Source: Lama glama
Taxonomy: Eukaryota
Assembly (NCBI GenBank): GCA_028534125.1
Contig: CM052816.1
Span: forward strand, 22,694,001 to 22,758,000
DNA: 64,000 nucleotides
Reading direction: 5' to 3'
Both the position numbers and the translations under genes were made by a program. The notes beneath the pieces were generated by a model, which saw nothing but the letters and a program-made list of their open reading frames with translations, was not told the DNA's origin and ran no database searches. This document shows positions 26,264 to 40,500 of this stretch, piece after piece. How positions within the stretch are numbered: position 1 is the stretch's first letter; every line of letters begins with the position of its first letter.

Positions 26264-26516
26264 CAAGACTTTCTCAACCCTGGCATTATTAACATTTGGG
26301 TTGCATAATTCTTTGTTATGTGGGGCGGTCCTACACATTTTTGGATATTTAGCACTATCCTTGGCCTCTATGCACTGAAAAGATGCTCACCCTTACTGGT
26401 AACCATGGCAACGGAGTATCCATCATCCCCAGTTGTGACAACCAAAAATGTCTCTAGATATTGCTAAATGTCCCCTGGAGGGCAAAATCTTACTTGGACT
26501 TGGCTGAGAACCACTG
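26264..26516 (-). mobile_element. MER20 hAT DNA transposon with a small internal insertion
   Basis: tttctcaaccctggcattattaacatttgg...ccccagttgtgacaaccaaaaatgtctctagatattgctaaatgtcccctggagggcaaaatc...gagaaccactg. Confidence 0.92.
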
Positions 26517-26519
26517 ATT

Positions 26520-27960
26520 TCAACTAACGTGTAATAACACATTATAAGAAAAGTTTATTAATTCCCATTTAATGGATAATTGGCTTTTTTACAATTTTCA
26601 GTATTGAAAATGATGCTGCAATGAACAACACAGTGCTTATCTCCTGTGCACTTATTCTAGAATTTTTTAGGGTATATACCTAGTAGTGGATTTGCTAGGT
26701 TGTAAAGAGTATAGGTCTTCAAATTTAAAAGATGAAACAGTAACCTGAAAATAGTTAAACCAACCACCAGTAATGTATACACTTCTTGTCTCTCCACATT
26801 TCTGTCAGTGTCTTATTTTCTCAGAATTTAAAAATACTTATCAGTCTTTTATGTACAAACAGTAATTCACGATCATTTAAATTTCCATTACTATGGTTAC
26901 TAGTGAGGATGAGCATCTTTACAGCATTTTATTAACCATTTTTGATTCTTGTTCCGTGACCTGCCAACTCACATCCTGTGCCATTTTCAAAGTACATTTT
27001 TTTCAGTTCATTGTAGAACTTCTTTGTCCTAGAAATAAGCTATTTTCTAAGTCTGTGCCTTAGTTTATTTTGACTTTTCTTCTATAATTAAAATATAATA
27101 TAGTCAAAATTTCCAGCTTTCATTTTTGTAATTGCACTCTGAATACTTATTTTTTAAAATCCTATAATCACAAAAATATTTTGGTTTATTTTGTTCACTT
27201 AAATGTCAAAATCTTTGCCTCTCATTCTGATCTTTAATTCAACTGTAATTATTTTTAATAGATTAATGAGGTATAATAGAAAATAAAAAATAAACTGCCC
27301 AAATTTAAGGTGTACAACTGAAAATTTTGGATATATACATAGACTTGGGAAGCCATTAACTTAAGAAAATAAATATATTGTACACCCTCAAATGTTTCTG
27401 CATGCTCTTTTTAAATCTTGTCCACTCTCTTTTCCTTGATATCCACCCTCTCTCATCTTCAGGCATCCACTATTCTGCTTTCTGTCTCTAAAGATTAATT
27501 TGTATTTTCCAGAATTTTATATAAATGGAAGCTTACAGATGTATTATTCTTTATCCAGCTTCTTTTACGCAGCCTACTTATTTGGGGATTCCTCTAGACG
27601 TTGCACACATCAACAAATAATTCTTCTTTATATTAAAGTATTTTTTAACTGTATGGATAGATGATAATTTGTTTATCCTCTCATTGGTGATGGTATGTGG
27701 ACTGTTTCTAGATCTGAATCATTAAAAATAAAGTTCTTATAGACATTCATGTACAAGTCTTTATAAAAAACATATTCTTTTATTCATACTCTCTGAATGG
27801 AAAGGCTGAGTCATGTGGCAAGTATAAATATAACTTTGTAAAAAACTACCAAATCATTTTCCAAATGAGTATGACATTTTACATTCTCATGAGAGGTTTA
27901 GTTGCTCCATATCTTTGCCAATCTTTGGTTTTGTCAGTGTTTTAAATATAAGCTATTTAT
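26520..27960 (-). mobile_element. Old L1M 3' fragments (at least two nested pieces; the second at about 27260-27960)
   Basis: gggtatatacctagtagtggatttgctagg; tttccagaattttatataaatggaa; antisense L1 3' motifs. Confidence 0.8.
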
Positions 27961-29189
27961 AAAGAGACCTGTATAAGGGCTCAAATACTTGGATTTTTCT
28001 ATTTTTCTGATTTACTGAATATATGGTAAACTTTTCATTTTTATTAAATTTGGCATATGTACAGGATCCTCAGAATTAAAATATATTCACATACTATGTT
28101 GCTATGCACCTATTTAGCTCTTATAATGATTTGAACTTTCTCCAATTTCAGGTTAAGCTGAAATGATAATACGTAAGTAATGTATTTGCGTTAACATTTG
28201 AAGAGAGTCAGGTATACAGTTCATCTCACTAATTCAAGCTATTTGTAAAGGTGAAAACTTAGAGAAAGGAAAAATCGATATACCTATGCTAGGAAATATG
28301 AACCGTATTTCTAAGTTTTTTCATTTGCCTTTAACATTAGAGAGTTGTCTGGCCTCTTTGGCCCCTATCTGAAAATTAAATGAGTAATCTGTTTTAATGT
28401 ATTGGTATAAAAACATCTGCTTTACACCTTTATACATACTCTGGACTCAAGTTGATTTTATTTTTTGAAGGTTTTATATTGCACAGGTTTAGCAACTGTA
28501 AACTACAGTAACTATCTTATCCAAATTATTCTGAATTATCAATTAAGGATGCAAATTAATGATGCTTCACTATTCTGATAATTAAGAATTATAAGAAATT
28601 TATACAGTCCACAATTCTACTATGGGGGATTATAAAAACATTCTAACATCTTTGAAAGAGTAAACTGACAAATTTTAAAAGCAAAAGGAAAATATTCTCA
28701 TTAATATAGATTACTACACAAGTTTAAATATTAAAAGTTCCATTTTCTTTGTATTACCTGAACTAGGATGTATCATGAGACACAACCTTGGCAAAGATTA
28801 AACTAAGTAGCTAAAAACTAAGTAGGGAGCAAAAATGTTGACAATATTGCATACTAGACAGTGAAGATGCTTCCTGGTTTGCAAGTAGTTACCTGTTACA
28901 TTTGTAAAGCACAATGAAAAATAATTTTAAAAACTGAAACCAATATATACATTCCATGAAGAAAACAATGAAACTCGTTGTGCTTTTATAATACAACTGG
29001 ACTATTACATTTTAGAACTTCATATTAAATCACAAAATTATAACTACTTTTTATTTTAGAACAATTACATATTTATTTTTATATTTCAAAACTTAAATCT
29101 TACTTTGTTAAGTTTTGTATCCAATGTATGGATAAAGTAGCTTGTAATTAATATAGAGAGCTGTGAAAGAAAGTTTTGAAAATCAAATT

Positions 29190-29577
29190 GGATGAAGTTG
29201 GCTACTTCAGTGTAAGTTGGCCACTATTATGGTACAATTATCCAACTCCCCCTTAATTTGCCATTTTTCTTCTCCCAAAATGATTTTAAGGAATGCAAGT
29301 GACAGTGGTTTCTTCTTTAGGGATGAAGAAGGAAAGCATAAAGGCAAAAGAGCCTCTTCTAAGCTTACTGAGCCACATTTAAAGAGCTTTCTTTCAAAAG
29401 CAGCTTACAATTCAGTATCTGCTTCTATTTCACTGGCTATCTCAGTTGTTAAGGAAGTTGTTCAGGAAGCTAGGTTTTAAATGCATGCATTCAGGTACAT
29501 ATTAAAAATCAGTGAGTTCTAATACTAAGGAAGAGGCAGTAGAAATGTGTGGTTAGCAACTAGTGATCTCTGGCACA
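29190..29577 (-). mobile_element. MLT1J/K-like MaLR LTR
   Basis: Ends gcaactagtgatctctggcaca, the reverse complement of the MLT1J-type start tgtg.cagaga...ctagttgc. Confidence 0.6.
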
Positions 29578-30619
29578 ATAGAATAGAAGACCACCAGTGA
29601 GGGTAATTCATGGAAGATGTGCTATATGAAGTTAATATATGATGGTCACCAGTTGGACATTGATGCACATGCTCTGAGACAAATTTTCATTTCTTACCAA
29701 GTGAACAGTCTATAAAAAGAGTGAACTATTTACGTACCATGTTTAAACTATCCCAGCCCTATCATGAATAGAATAATATTGCTAGTGAAAGAATTTATGT
29801 TACATTCTCAGAAATCTCCTCTTTGAAAGTTAAATCTGATTATTTTGAGAGATGGATGACTAAATAGTGCCGTTTTCTTTCATTACCTCCTCTTTGAAAC
29901 ACCTGTTTAGGTCCAAGACTCAACTGTCCTTGAGCTATCTAACTTCCTCCCTCACGTCCTTGAAGGCATCAGGATGACCAGGAGAAAGAAAATGCACGGT
30001 AACAAAACAAAACCCGGTAGTGTATTTAAAGAAGGAATTACAGTCTACCCAAAGTGTGCTGTATATTTTATAATTTTATAAATGGATATGAATTAATCAT
30101 GTCCAATATGACAATTTAAAAATACTTCAAATGATTATGGCATGGAACATGGCTGCCTTAATAATTTATTTAAAAAATTATCACCTTACTCTCTAAACCC
30201 TTAAATCTGTAACTGAAAATCAGGGTAGACTTAGGAGGCTTCATTAACTATGGAAAGGCCAAAACTACTCCAATTGTTCAAACAGAAAAATAAAGTGGTT
30301 ACAAATGACAAACATGAGAATACTTTGTATAGAAATACGGCATGTAGATAAGTTCAAGGACATATTTACAAGTACATTAATTAGTCTAGTATTTTCATTG
30401 TTTAAGGACAATTTTTTAAAAACAAAATGAATATAGTTACGTTTGATGATATACTGGACTACCTTGCAGGAAAATAACATTTCTACAAAGAAAACTAAAA
30501 AGCCAGATAAAATGCAAAATTATCCTTTAGGCATTAGAAAGCTGCTGTAGTAACAAGGACCAGACAGGCCAAAATTCAGGAGGGGAAACTGTGCAAAGGT
30601 GAGTTCTTCTGTATTATCC

Positions 30620-31200
30620 CTGGAACTTATGACTGGCACATTCTCCAACTTAGTAGTTCTACTTCCGCATGTACACCTAACCAATTCCAGTGCACGTCCG
30701 TACTAAGAGATAAGTGCACTGAATATTCACAGCAGTACTATTTATAACAGGTAAAAACTGGAAGTATGCATCAACACAATGGATAACTAAACTGAAGTAT
30801 GTTTACATAACAAAATACTATATAGTAGTACGAATACATCATAATATAAACGATAAATCTCAAAAACATAATATTGAGGGAAAAAAGCCTGACAGAGGAA
30901 AGTACACACAGTACAATTCTATTTATAAGGAAAAAAGTCACAAGTCTAATCTATGATGTTAGAATTAGGAGAGTAGGTACATTTTAGGAGGCAGAGGGAT
31001 TAGTGACTGGGAGGAGGCATGTCAGAGGCTTTTCAGATGTCAGTACTGTTCTATTTCTTAACCTCATTGGTGGTAACATGGGTGCATTTACTTTGTGATA
31101 ACTCAGTGTGATCACTGAGCTTGTACCCTTCTGATTTTGCACCTTTTATATGTGTGCCATGCTTTAATAAAAACGAAATGACAATTAAGTGGCATTTTAA
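30620..31200 (+). mobile_element. L1ME-type 3' end
   Basis: gaatattcacagcagtactatttataac...aatctcaaaaacataatattgagg...gctttaataaaa. Confidence 0.8.
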
Positions 31201-32112
31201 AATAAAAAAGAAATGTGAACCTAGAATTTTATATTTGGCCATATATTTATTTGAATAATTAGTGTAGAGTAAAAATATTTATGGGCCTACAAAACCCCCA
31301 CACTTTGTGGAAGTTTCTATGCAAGAGGGAACCAGATCCTGGAATTACTACAAGAAATTTGTGAGTAATACAATGTCTTGATGACATTTACTGCTCTACT
31401 GAACAAGCAAATAAACAAAATTTGACCAAATTATAGAAAACAAAGAAAACATATATTCCTAGCAGTCAAGAACTGTACTTGCAGATACTATAAACATGAG
31501 GCCCTGGAGACCAAAAAGACATGAGAGAGAGTAAAGAATACTTCTTGTTAGGGAGATGATGCAGATACTGGTATTTTTATTTACAAATAATTTTAATAAA
31601 TAAATGTGAGTAAATAAATATGATGATACATTTATGTTAAAAAAGCCAACATAACAGAAAAATAGTATATAAAGTATTTAACCAATAGAACATAACTCTA
31701 ATAGAAATCAGAAAAGGAGCAAAAAGAAGATGAATAAGAAAGTACACAAAATGCAAAAGATCATATAAAAAGTACCAATGTAATGCTATTAAACCATTTG
31801 TAAAAAGATTAAACTCATCAATTAAAAGACAGCCCCCCCCCCGAATGGATGAAGTCAAACTCTGACAATATGTTGTCCATATAACACATACAAAGTTGGA
31901 AACAAAGCAACCTTAGTGCCTCAAAATATAGGTATTACAGGCACACATAACAAACAAGAATATATATACTGTAAGAAGTAGATGAATAAGCTGATAAATC
32001 AAAAAGCAGACACCATTAACAGACTTGAACATTTATGTATGTATGCACACATACATATATATGTATGTCTCTGTGTGTGTGTATATATATATGTATGTGT
32101 GTGTGCATGTAT

Positions 32113-32145
<33 letters not shown>

Positions 32146-32540
32146 TTAGGACAATAAAGCTTTCCTAAAAGAAAACAGGAGAATATTTTCATGATTCAAC
32201 AGTAGGCAAAGATTTTTTAGACAGTTCTAACAAAAAGTACTAACTATAAAAGGAAAACATTTAATAAACTGTATTTCATGGAAATTAAAATATTTTGTTT
32301 TTTAAAGGACACCATTAATGAAATAAAAAGACAAGTGGAAGACTGGAAAAAATATTTACAAAACTTCTGTCTCCTGAAGGACTTCAATCTAGACTATGTA
32401 AAGAACTACAACTCAGTCATACAAAGGAAAAGAACCCCTCAAAATGGGCAAAAGATTTGTATAGACTCTTCACTGAATAAAAAACATAAATTATCAATAA
32501 GCACTTGAAAAGGCAATCAGTGTCAGGAAACCACAAGTTA
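31200..32540 (+). mobile_element. Scrambled old L1 ORF1/ORF2 fragments
   Basis: attaaactcatcaattaaaagacag; frame IKIFCFLKDTINEIKRQVEDWKK. Confidence 0.7.
32034..32144. repeat. Compound (TA/TG)n-(GA)n microsatellite
   Basis: Directly visible. Confidence 0.9.
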
Positions 32541-32549
32541 AAGCCACTC

Positions 32550-33430
32550 TTCCCCAAACTATTATTACCTCAATCCACTCTATCAGGATTCCATTCCCAC
32601 CACCCATTGAAAATGATCTTGTTATGATCTCGTTAGGATAATCAACTTTTCCAAAGTGTTTATTTCTCTGAGCCCACTGTTTCTACTTTCAGCAGAATTC
32701 CAAAGAGTTACCCACTCCTTCCAACTTGAAACATTTTCTTCTCTTGGCTCTTTTTGTCTAACACCAACCCACACTTCTTGACTCAAGTGAGAAATCATGT
32801 AGCCAACTGCCTACTTGACACCTCCAATTAGATGTCTCCTAGGCAGCCCACACTGAAATGGCCCAAGGCAGAAATCCTGATTCACTGCTCTCTATCCAAC
32901 TTTCTTATCTCTGTTGATAAGCCAACTCTCCACTGAGTTGCTTACGCAAAAAATCAAGAATAAACCTTGATTCTTTCTCCATTTTTAGAAAATCATCACC
33001 CATACCCAATTCATCAGCAAATTCTATAGGTTTAGCCTTCCAAACACAAACATACAAGCACGCAGACACGCAGACACGCAGACACACACACACACCCACC
33101 ATACTGAGTCTGACTTGTTTTCTCCGTTTTCACTAAAAGCACCCAGTTCTATCCAGTTATCTTTGTCCAGACTATTAAAATATCTTCCCAATGGTCTTCT
33201 TGCTGCGATTTTGTAACCCAGTGATTCCCATCCTCTCTTTACCACAGATTCAAAGTTTATTTTCTTCAGGTCACTTATTCGAAACCTATACTATTCATTT
33301 AATTGTTTGCTTTTTATTATTTATCTCTCTACCTCTAATGCATAAGAATGTAAGTAAAATGAGAATAAAGATTTTGCCATCTTTATTCATCAGTATATCC
33401 CCAGTACCAAAAGTAAGTGTTCACTAAATT
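32550..33430 (+). mobile_element. L2
   Basis: ccaactgcctacttgacacctccaattagatgtct...; 3' region ttattcatcagtatatccccagtacc. Confidence 0.85.
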
Positions 33431-33580
33431 AGTACATGGAAAGTATCTTTGAAACTGTTGTTCCAAATGTAAGATTTTCACTATTTAGCTACTTCTCTGC
33501 AAACTTGTGTGATGCAAAGATGTAAATGAAGAATAAAAATTGTACAGGAAAAAAGATAAATTAAAACCTGATCACATGAA

Positions 33581-33970
33581 GTAAGTCAAAAAGAAAAAGA
33601 AAAATATCACATATCACTTAAATGCGGAATTTAAAAAAAGGACACAAATGAACTTATTTACAAAACAAGAACAGATCCATAGACATAGAAAACAAACTAA
33701 TGGTTACCAGAGGGGGAGGGGTTGGGAAGGGATAAACTGGGAGTTTGAGATTTGCAGATACTATTTTATATAAAATAGATAAACAACAAGTTTCTGCTGT
33801 ATAACACAGGGAACTGTATTCAATATTTTGTAGTAACCGATAATGAAAAAGAATATGAAAACAAATATATATATTATATGTAAAACTTAAACTTTACTCT
33901 GTACACCAGAAATTGACACAACATTGTAAACTGACTATACTTCAATTTAAAAAATATTAACCAAAAAAAA
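33581..33970 (+). mobile_element. 5'-truncated L1 3' end with an 18-bp TSD
   Basis: TSD aaaac(c/t)tgatcacatgaa at 33563-33580 and 33967-33984; TT|AAAA endonuclease site at the left copy. Confidence 0.95.
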
Positions 33971-35029
33971 CTTGATCACATGAAATTAAATTAGCCAAAT
34001 TTAACACAGGGAAGATGGAAATGAAAATAAAGACATTTTAGTTTACTTGGGAGGACCTGAAATAGAAATGCAATTTCACCTCTGATAGTTTTTGTCCTAC
34101 GGTTCTGGTATGTGTTTTGTCTAATTAGTTGTATTAACAGGAGACTAAATTTTGGACGTTGATTCTAGAAATTTCTACGTAAGAGGGATAATTTAAGTTT
34201 GGGTAGTAATTCAAGCTGCTGAAGAAAAGCAATTTGTAAGCACTTTATTTAGGATCTCAACTTTAGGCGGAGATTCATTTCTTCTAAGATTAGGATCCAG
34301 GAAAGAACACTCAGCAAAAAATATTTTAGAAAAAAAATCTCACTTTCTATTTAGCTGTAAATTTTAGGAATGCAAAATATGCCTGTACTTTGTAATATTT
34401 ATTGAGATATCTAATATTTAACAAGGAAGACAATTAATTCATGTAGGCTAAGGAACAATGGAATTATGGGTTTCAGATGTAATTATTGATACAGAATGAG
34501 AAGATATCTAATATTCATTGAAAATTCTGAGTATCTTTTAATAAAAATCATTTAGTTGTTTATAGTGTTAGTTGAGATTTTGTTTTTAAATAGAATCTGT
34601 AAGAGAGTATTAGAAATATGAAACTCTTAGAGTGCAGGTGAGACCATATTCTTATATTTGTATTTTAGTAAGAGCACCAAGCTGTAGGCCTAGCATAATA
34701 AATCATCTGGGTTACTCTTATTTTTTCATATCCATACATTTATAAATATAGAACACTTAATAAATTTCGTATCAAGTATTTTACTAAGCATTATGAGGAG
34801 ATGCAAAATAAGGCATCACAGTATCATCATGGAGCTTAAAATTCATTTATTAAGACATAGAGAAGTAAAAATGCTTAAATATGAATAGTAACTTTTACTG
34901 AGTATATTATTAAAATCATTAATAATTATTAGTAACTTTGAATAAATATCCAGAATATCACTTTATATGAAGTAATAAATTTCTGATAACTAGTATTTAT
35001 AAATTTCAACATGAAAGTGTGTCTTACAT

Positions 35030-36105
35030 TTATTCCCTTTATGATCTCATCTACTATTCTGCTTTTAAATATCACTTTGCTGATAATTTCCAAATTCATA
35101 TTTCTACTCTGGACTCCTCTTGAACGCCAGACTCATATATCTAACTGTCTAGTTAACATCTCCAGTGGGATGTGTAAGACATGACTTAAAATGTCCATGG
35201 CTGAATGCTGATATTTCTACCTTCAACATGGCCTCCTCACATCAGCAAATAGACACTCCACTCAACCAGTTTCTGAGGCCAAAATTCTTAGCATCACCCT
35301 TGATTATCTTCTTTCTGTTACTCATCCCCAGCACTAACTATATCTGCAAATTTCATTGGCCCTGCCCTTAGGCTATATCCAGAATCCAATCACTTCTCAC
35401 TGCCTTGACTCAGCCTAGCACAGGACATTGTAACTGTAATATAGATTACTGCAATATTCCCTGGCCTCTCTGCTACAACATAATTTATTTTCCACACAGT
35501 AGTAGCCAGAAAGCCTTTTAAAACATAATTCCGATCCTGTCAACCCTTTGCTCAAAGAACTCTTTTGGCTTCCCATTTAACCTGGAGTAAGAGTCAAAGC
35601 TCCTGCAATGACCTATGAGGATCTACGTGATCTGGCTCCACTGCCTTTTTAACTTCGTTCATTCCACTGCCCCGTTGTTTATAGTGTTCCAGCAACACCT
35701 GACTTCCTTGCTGTTTCTTGAACTCTCTAAGGACGCAGGGCTTTTGTCCTTCCTGTTCTTCCTGCTTGGCACATTTTCCCTTGATATCTGCACATCTTGT
35801 TTCTTCACATACTTCAGGACTCTGTTCAAATATCATTTTAACAAAGAAGCTCACCTTGTCTATCTTACACAAAATGGCACACACTCCTGACATTCTCTCT
35901 CCTCCTTACTCCATATCACTTATTTCCACCTATCACAGTATATATTGATATAATTTTTTTCCTGTCTTTTCTTTCTAGAATGTAAGCCACAAGAGGTCAA
36001 TGAATTTTCTCACGTTCAGTGATTTACCCACAGTGCTGACTCAGAAAAGTGCCTGGCACATAAAGCACTTGATTAATACAAATTAAATAAATCACTGAAT
36101 AAATT
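35030..36105 (+). mobile_element. L2 3' portion
   Basis: ccagactcatatatctaactg...atatccagaatccaatcacttctcac...gtgcctggcacata. Confidence 0.9.
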
Positions 36106-37129
36106 TTGTTGTGCCTGCTATCAATGGGAAACTAAAGCAAACAGCAAGCATGACTATCTCAATACATTTTAATGGGATGTTAACTCTGATACCAATAAAA
36201 GCATTTAGTTATCATTAACCATATTGCTGCTGATTTCTACACTGCTAATTTCCAACTGCTGCGCTTATGCAGAACTATGTAACATCCTGATGCTCCATTC
36301 AATTCAAATGATGTTCTTAGAAAATAAGTTTTTCAATTTCACTTAATAAATATGCAGTTTCCTTTCTAATATTCTTTTGAGTTTCTAAATAATAGCCTCT
36401 TTTCTTAGCTTCAAAATAATCTTAAAGAAGTATTTACTTTTTTTGTCATCTATAAACTACTGGCCTGTCATCATGCTTTTTAAAAGCACGTTTTCTTTAC
36501 TTTGCAGAAGGCAGGAAATGTTAACACAGTTCAATAAATTTCCATATCCTTTTTTTGAAAGTCTTCCTATATACTGATAAAAGTTACAGGGTGTTCTTTA
36601 AAGATTGCCACTTTTTAAATTATGAGTTTTGGTTTTTGTGGGGCTTTTTTCCATGCATCTGCTCTTTAATGTGATCTTACGATGTATTAAAATATAAAGT
36701 CTCTCAATAAGTAGTAATTTATATTTTCTGGATTTTTTTTCAGTCACAACAACTAGATTTTCCCTTTTGATTTTTATTGCAGCTTCTGTTTTGTAATCAT
36801 ATGGACAGTTGCACTTGTCAGAGTAATGGAGAAATCCACAAAACAAACTTTCACATCAGTAGTCAAACCCAGAAGGACAACTTTCTTTCTGCACAAGGAA
36901 TGCATGCGTGTGTTTTAGGTGTGAGTGGGCAATGATAAATAAAGAAGGAATCTGAGAAGTAATGTTATATATTTTATTAAATTAATTCAGTATGTCAGAT
37001 CTTGAATGGTGAGATACAATTCCTACTTTCATGCTTTACCCTTTCTGTCCAAAAGTGCTTATTTTTCACTTCTGAGGTTTGGTATTTAAACTTTTATCTA
37101 CAGAATTATCAAACTGTATGAATGCTCCA

Positions 37130-37326
37130 AAGAAAGGTACTTGGAACTGGACAGATCTGAGTTTTTTTATTGCCTATTCTACCTCTTTCTTGCTCTGAGA
37201 CAATTGGCAAGTTCTGTAACCTTCTTGAGTTCTAATTTCAACTTCTATAAAATGGGAGTAATAATAAATATTTCAAGAGTAATGTGCAGTTCAAATAAAA
37301 ATAGCTTTACTAAAGCACATACTTAG
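37130..37326 (+). mobile_element. MIR
   Basis: ggcaagttctgtaaccttcttgagttctaatttc...tataaaatgggagtaataata. Confidence 0.75.
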
Positions 37327-37984
37327 CAAGGAGGCTGAAGGATGAAAAATACTTTCATTTACTGGGTGAAAAATAAATGGTAGCCATCACTGGCTACCAA
37401 AGTGGCACCATAAGGTAACACCCACATCTGATGGAGAGGCCCTGGCACCTAGGTCTGAGGTCACAGTCTCATCTGGAGCTCCAGGTTTTCTAAAATGTGT
37501 AACAGTTTTGACCACATGAGCGGCCCAGGAAATGGTGCTGAGATGGCAGGACTTCAGGAGGCTTCTTTGAGGATTCCTTACTAACGCTGCTGCTACCACT
37601 GGCCTCAGAGTTCAACGGTAACATAAAGAAATCTTTCAAATTTCTCTGCAATAGTTTCTTGCAGGCCACAGCTGACTTACTCTAAACAAATCTCCTCATG
37701 TGGGTTAACAGGCTCCCTTATGGACAATGAGCCATGAAAATGTTTTGACTTGACTCATACTCCATGGTTACCAAATTTTTATATGCTAAACTATCTATGA
37801 AGAATGTCCACCTTACATATGACTTAGTAACTGTCTTCAAATTATGTACTAATTTCCAAGCCTAGATAATATCCAAGGAAACATTTTACAATAATACGGG
37901 AATATTTGAATGGTGGAGTTCTCCTACATAGGAGCTAAGCATTTCAATGTGTGTCAATAACTTCCTTAACAAATCGACTATATA

Positions 37985-38490
37985 TTCATTCACACATATA
38001 TTCACTACCTAACCAACAAATATATATTGGTACACTAAGTATATTATGCTAGGCATTACTCAGGTCCTCTCCTTCAGTCCACTCTTAAACCACCATCAGA
38101 GTTATATTCCTCCAGTACAATCCTGATTATTTAAGTCCCAATTAAAAAAAAAAAACCACCCCATCAGTTCATTACTGCCATCAGGAAAAATTTTTCAAAT
38201 GCACTATTATGACATAAAAGATCTACTCCCTATTCACTACAACTTAAATTCCATATACATGTAAAGTCTTTACCACTCCCAGCAAGTAACACATCCTTTT
38301 GTTCATTTCTACCAGTACAAAAATTGTTACTTTTGCCCAGAAATTTCCTACTCCATTTTACTTTTTCTTTAAGATAGCTCACAGCTCATCTCCTCAAGAC
38401 CCATGTCCAGAAATAATCTTGTCCATAGTACTCTAGTGGCACATATTTGTGCTTCTATTTTAGGTCTTTGCTGCTATGTTGCATTTTATT
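37985..38490. mobile_element. L2 fragments (minus-strand tail, then a plus-strand piece)
   Basis: attcattcac...caacaaatatatattg; ccaccatcagagttatattcc...cagctcatctcctc. Confidence 0.5.
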
Positions 38491-39042
38491 TCAAAGTGAT
38501 AAAAGTGAGAGATAGGCATGGAGGAAGGAAAAGGGGACAAGGATAGAGCAATAGACTGTGGTAGGAAAAAGAGAAGGGAAAAAAGGAAAAAGATAAGGAG
38601 ATAAAGGAAAATAGCTTCACATAAATCTGGCTGTCCAAAATGATTACAGTCCTGTATTGTCCATCTCAAAGTAGAGCAAACATACAACCATACTGCATTA
38701 CCATGTGCCAAGAGAATCGGAATCCATAGGATTGATTTATTACTAAACCCTGGAATGTCAATTTTCCATGAAAACTAAATTTAAAACATTTTATAGGTAA
38801 TAATACCATTATATATTATACAGGAGAATATCATATGTGAATAAATGGTTATCATATTAGCATTTGTTTTGTTTACCCAGTCTTTTTCAAACTAAGTTTA
38901 CCAATCCTCTTTCAAAACTTCAGCCTATGTGCTTACTCTCTTCTTCTAAAAGGGATGGTTGCTTTTAAATGATTGTAAACAATGATTTATTTACTTTCTT
39001 ATTCAACATGTCCTATTCATAAATTTCAAAAGGAGCAAAATA

Positions 39043-40500
39043 CCAGACTATATACTACAGAGCTACAGTAATCAAAACAGCATGATACTCGCACAAAAAC
39101 AGATACATAGACAAAGGAACAGAACAGAGCCCAGAAGTAAACCCATGCATCTATGGTCAATTAATCTATGATAAAGAAGGCAACAATATACAAATGTAGA
39201 AAAAACAGCTTCTTCAACAAGTGGTGCTGGGAAAACTATACAGCCACATGTAAATGAATGAAATTAGAACATTCTCTAATACCATAAACAAAAATAAACT
39301 CAAAATGGATTAAAGGTCCAAATGCAAGATCAGAAACCATAAAACTCCTAGAAGAGAACACAGGTAGAACATGACATGAACCACAGTATTATTTTTTTTT
39401 AGATCTGTCTCCTAAGGCAAAAGAAACAAAAGAAAAAATAAATATATGGAACCTAATTAAACTGAAAAGCTTTTGCCCAGCTATAGGAAACCATCTACAA
39501 AATGAAGAAACCTATGGAATTGGAGAAAATACTTGCAAATTATATGATCAACAAGGTGGTTAATAGCAATATCAAAACAGCAACAACAACAACCCAGTTA
39601 AAAAAAGGGCAGGAGACCTGAATAGATATTTTTCTAAAGAAGATGTATAGATGGCTAACAGGTACATAAAAAGATGTTTAACATCCCTACTTACTAGAGT
39701 AATACAAATCAAAACCACAATGAGGTACCATCTCACACCTGTTAAAACAGCTATCAACAAAAGTCTACAAATAAATAAATGCTGGTGAGGGTGTAAAGAA
39801 AGGGAACTCCCCCTGTTGGTGGGAATATAAATTGGTGCAGCCACTGTGGAAAACAGTATGGAGTTTCCTCAAAAAAACTAAAAATAGAGCTACCATACGA
39901 TCCAGCAATTCCACTCCTGGGTATATATCCAAAGACAACAAATACACAAATTCAAAAAGATACATGTACCCAGTGTTCACTGGAGCACTATTTACAATGG
40001 CCAAGATATGGTAACAGCCTAAGAGTTCATCAACAGATGAGTAGATAAAGAAGATGTGGTATATAGGGGGGGTGTGTCTGTGTGTGTGTGTATGTTTCAC
40101 ACACAATGAAACACTACTCAGCCATAAAAAGGAATGAAATTTTGCTATTTGCAACAACATGGATGGAACTAGAAGGTATTGTGCTTAATGAAACAGACAG
40201 AAAAATAATCTATCACTTACATGTGGAATCTAAAAAAAAAATACTAGTGAATATGACAGAAAAGAAACAGATTTACAGATAAAGAGAACAAGCCAGTGGT
40301 TATCAGTGGGAAAAGTGAAGAGAGAAAGGGCAAGATAAGGGTATGGGATTATGTATAAAACAGATAAGCAACAAGGACATATTGGGAATTATAGCCAGTA
40401 TCTTGTAGTAACTTTTAATGAAGTATAATCTGCAAAAATACTGAATCACTATGCTGTACACATGAAATTAACATAATACTGTATATCAGCTATACTTAAA
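39043..40500 (+). mobile_element. 5'-truncated L1 (late ORF2 and 3' UTR)
   Basis: Peptides VQPLWKTVWSFLKK and HYSAIKRNEILLFATTWMELEGIVL. Confidence 0.95.

Noticed and set aside
28152..28172. 21-nt segment between ttcag| and |gtaagt
   Set aside because: Stops in all three frames and no other support
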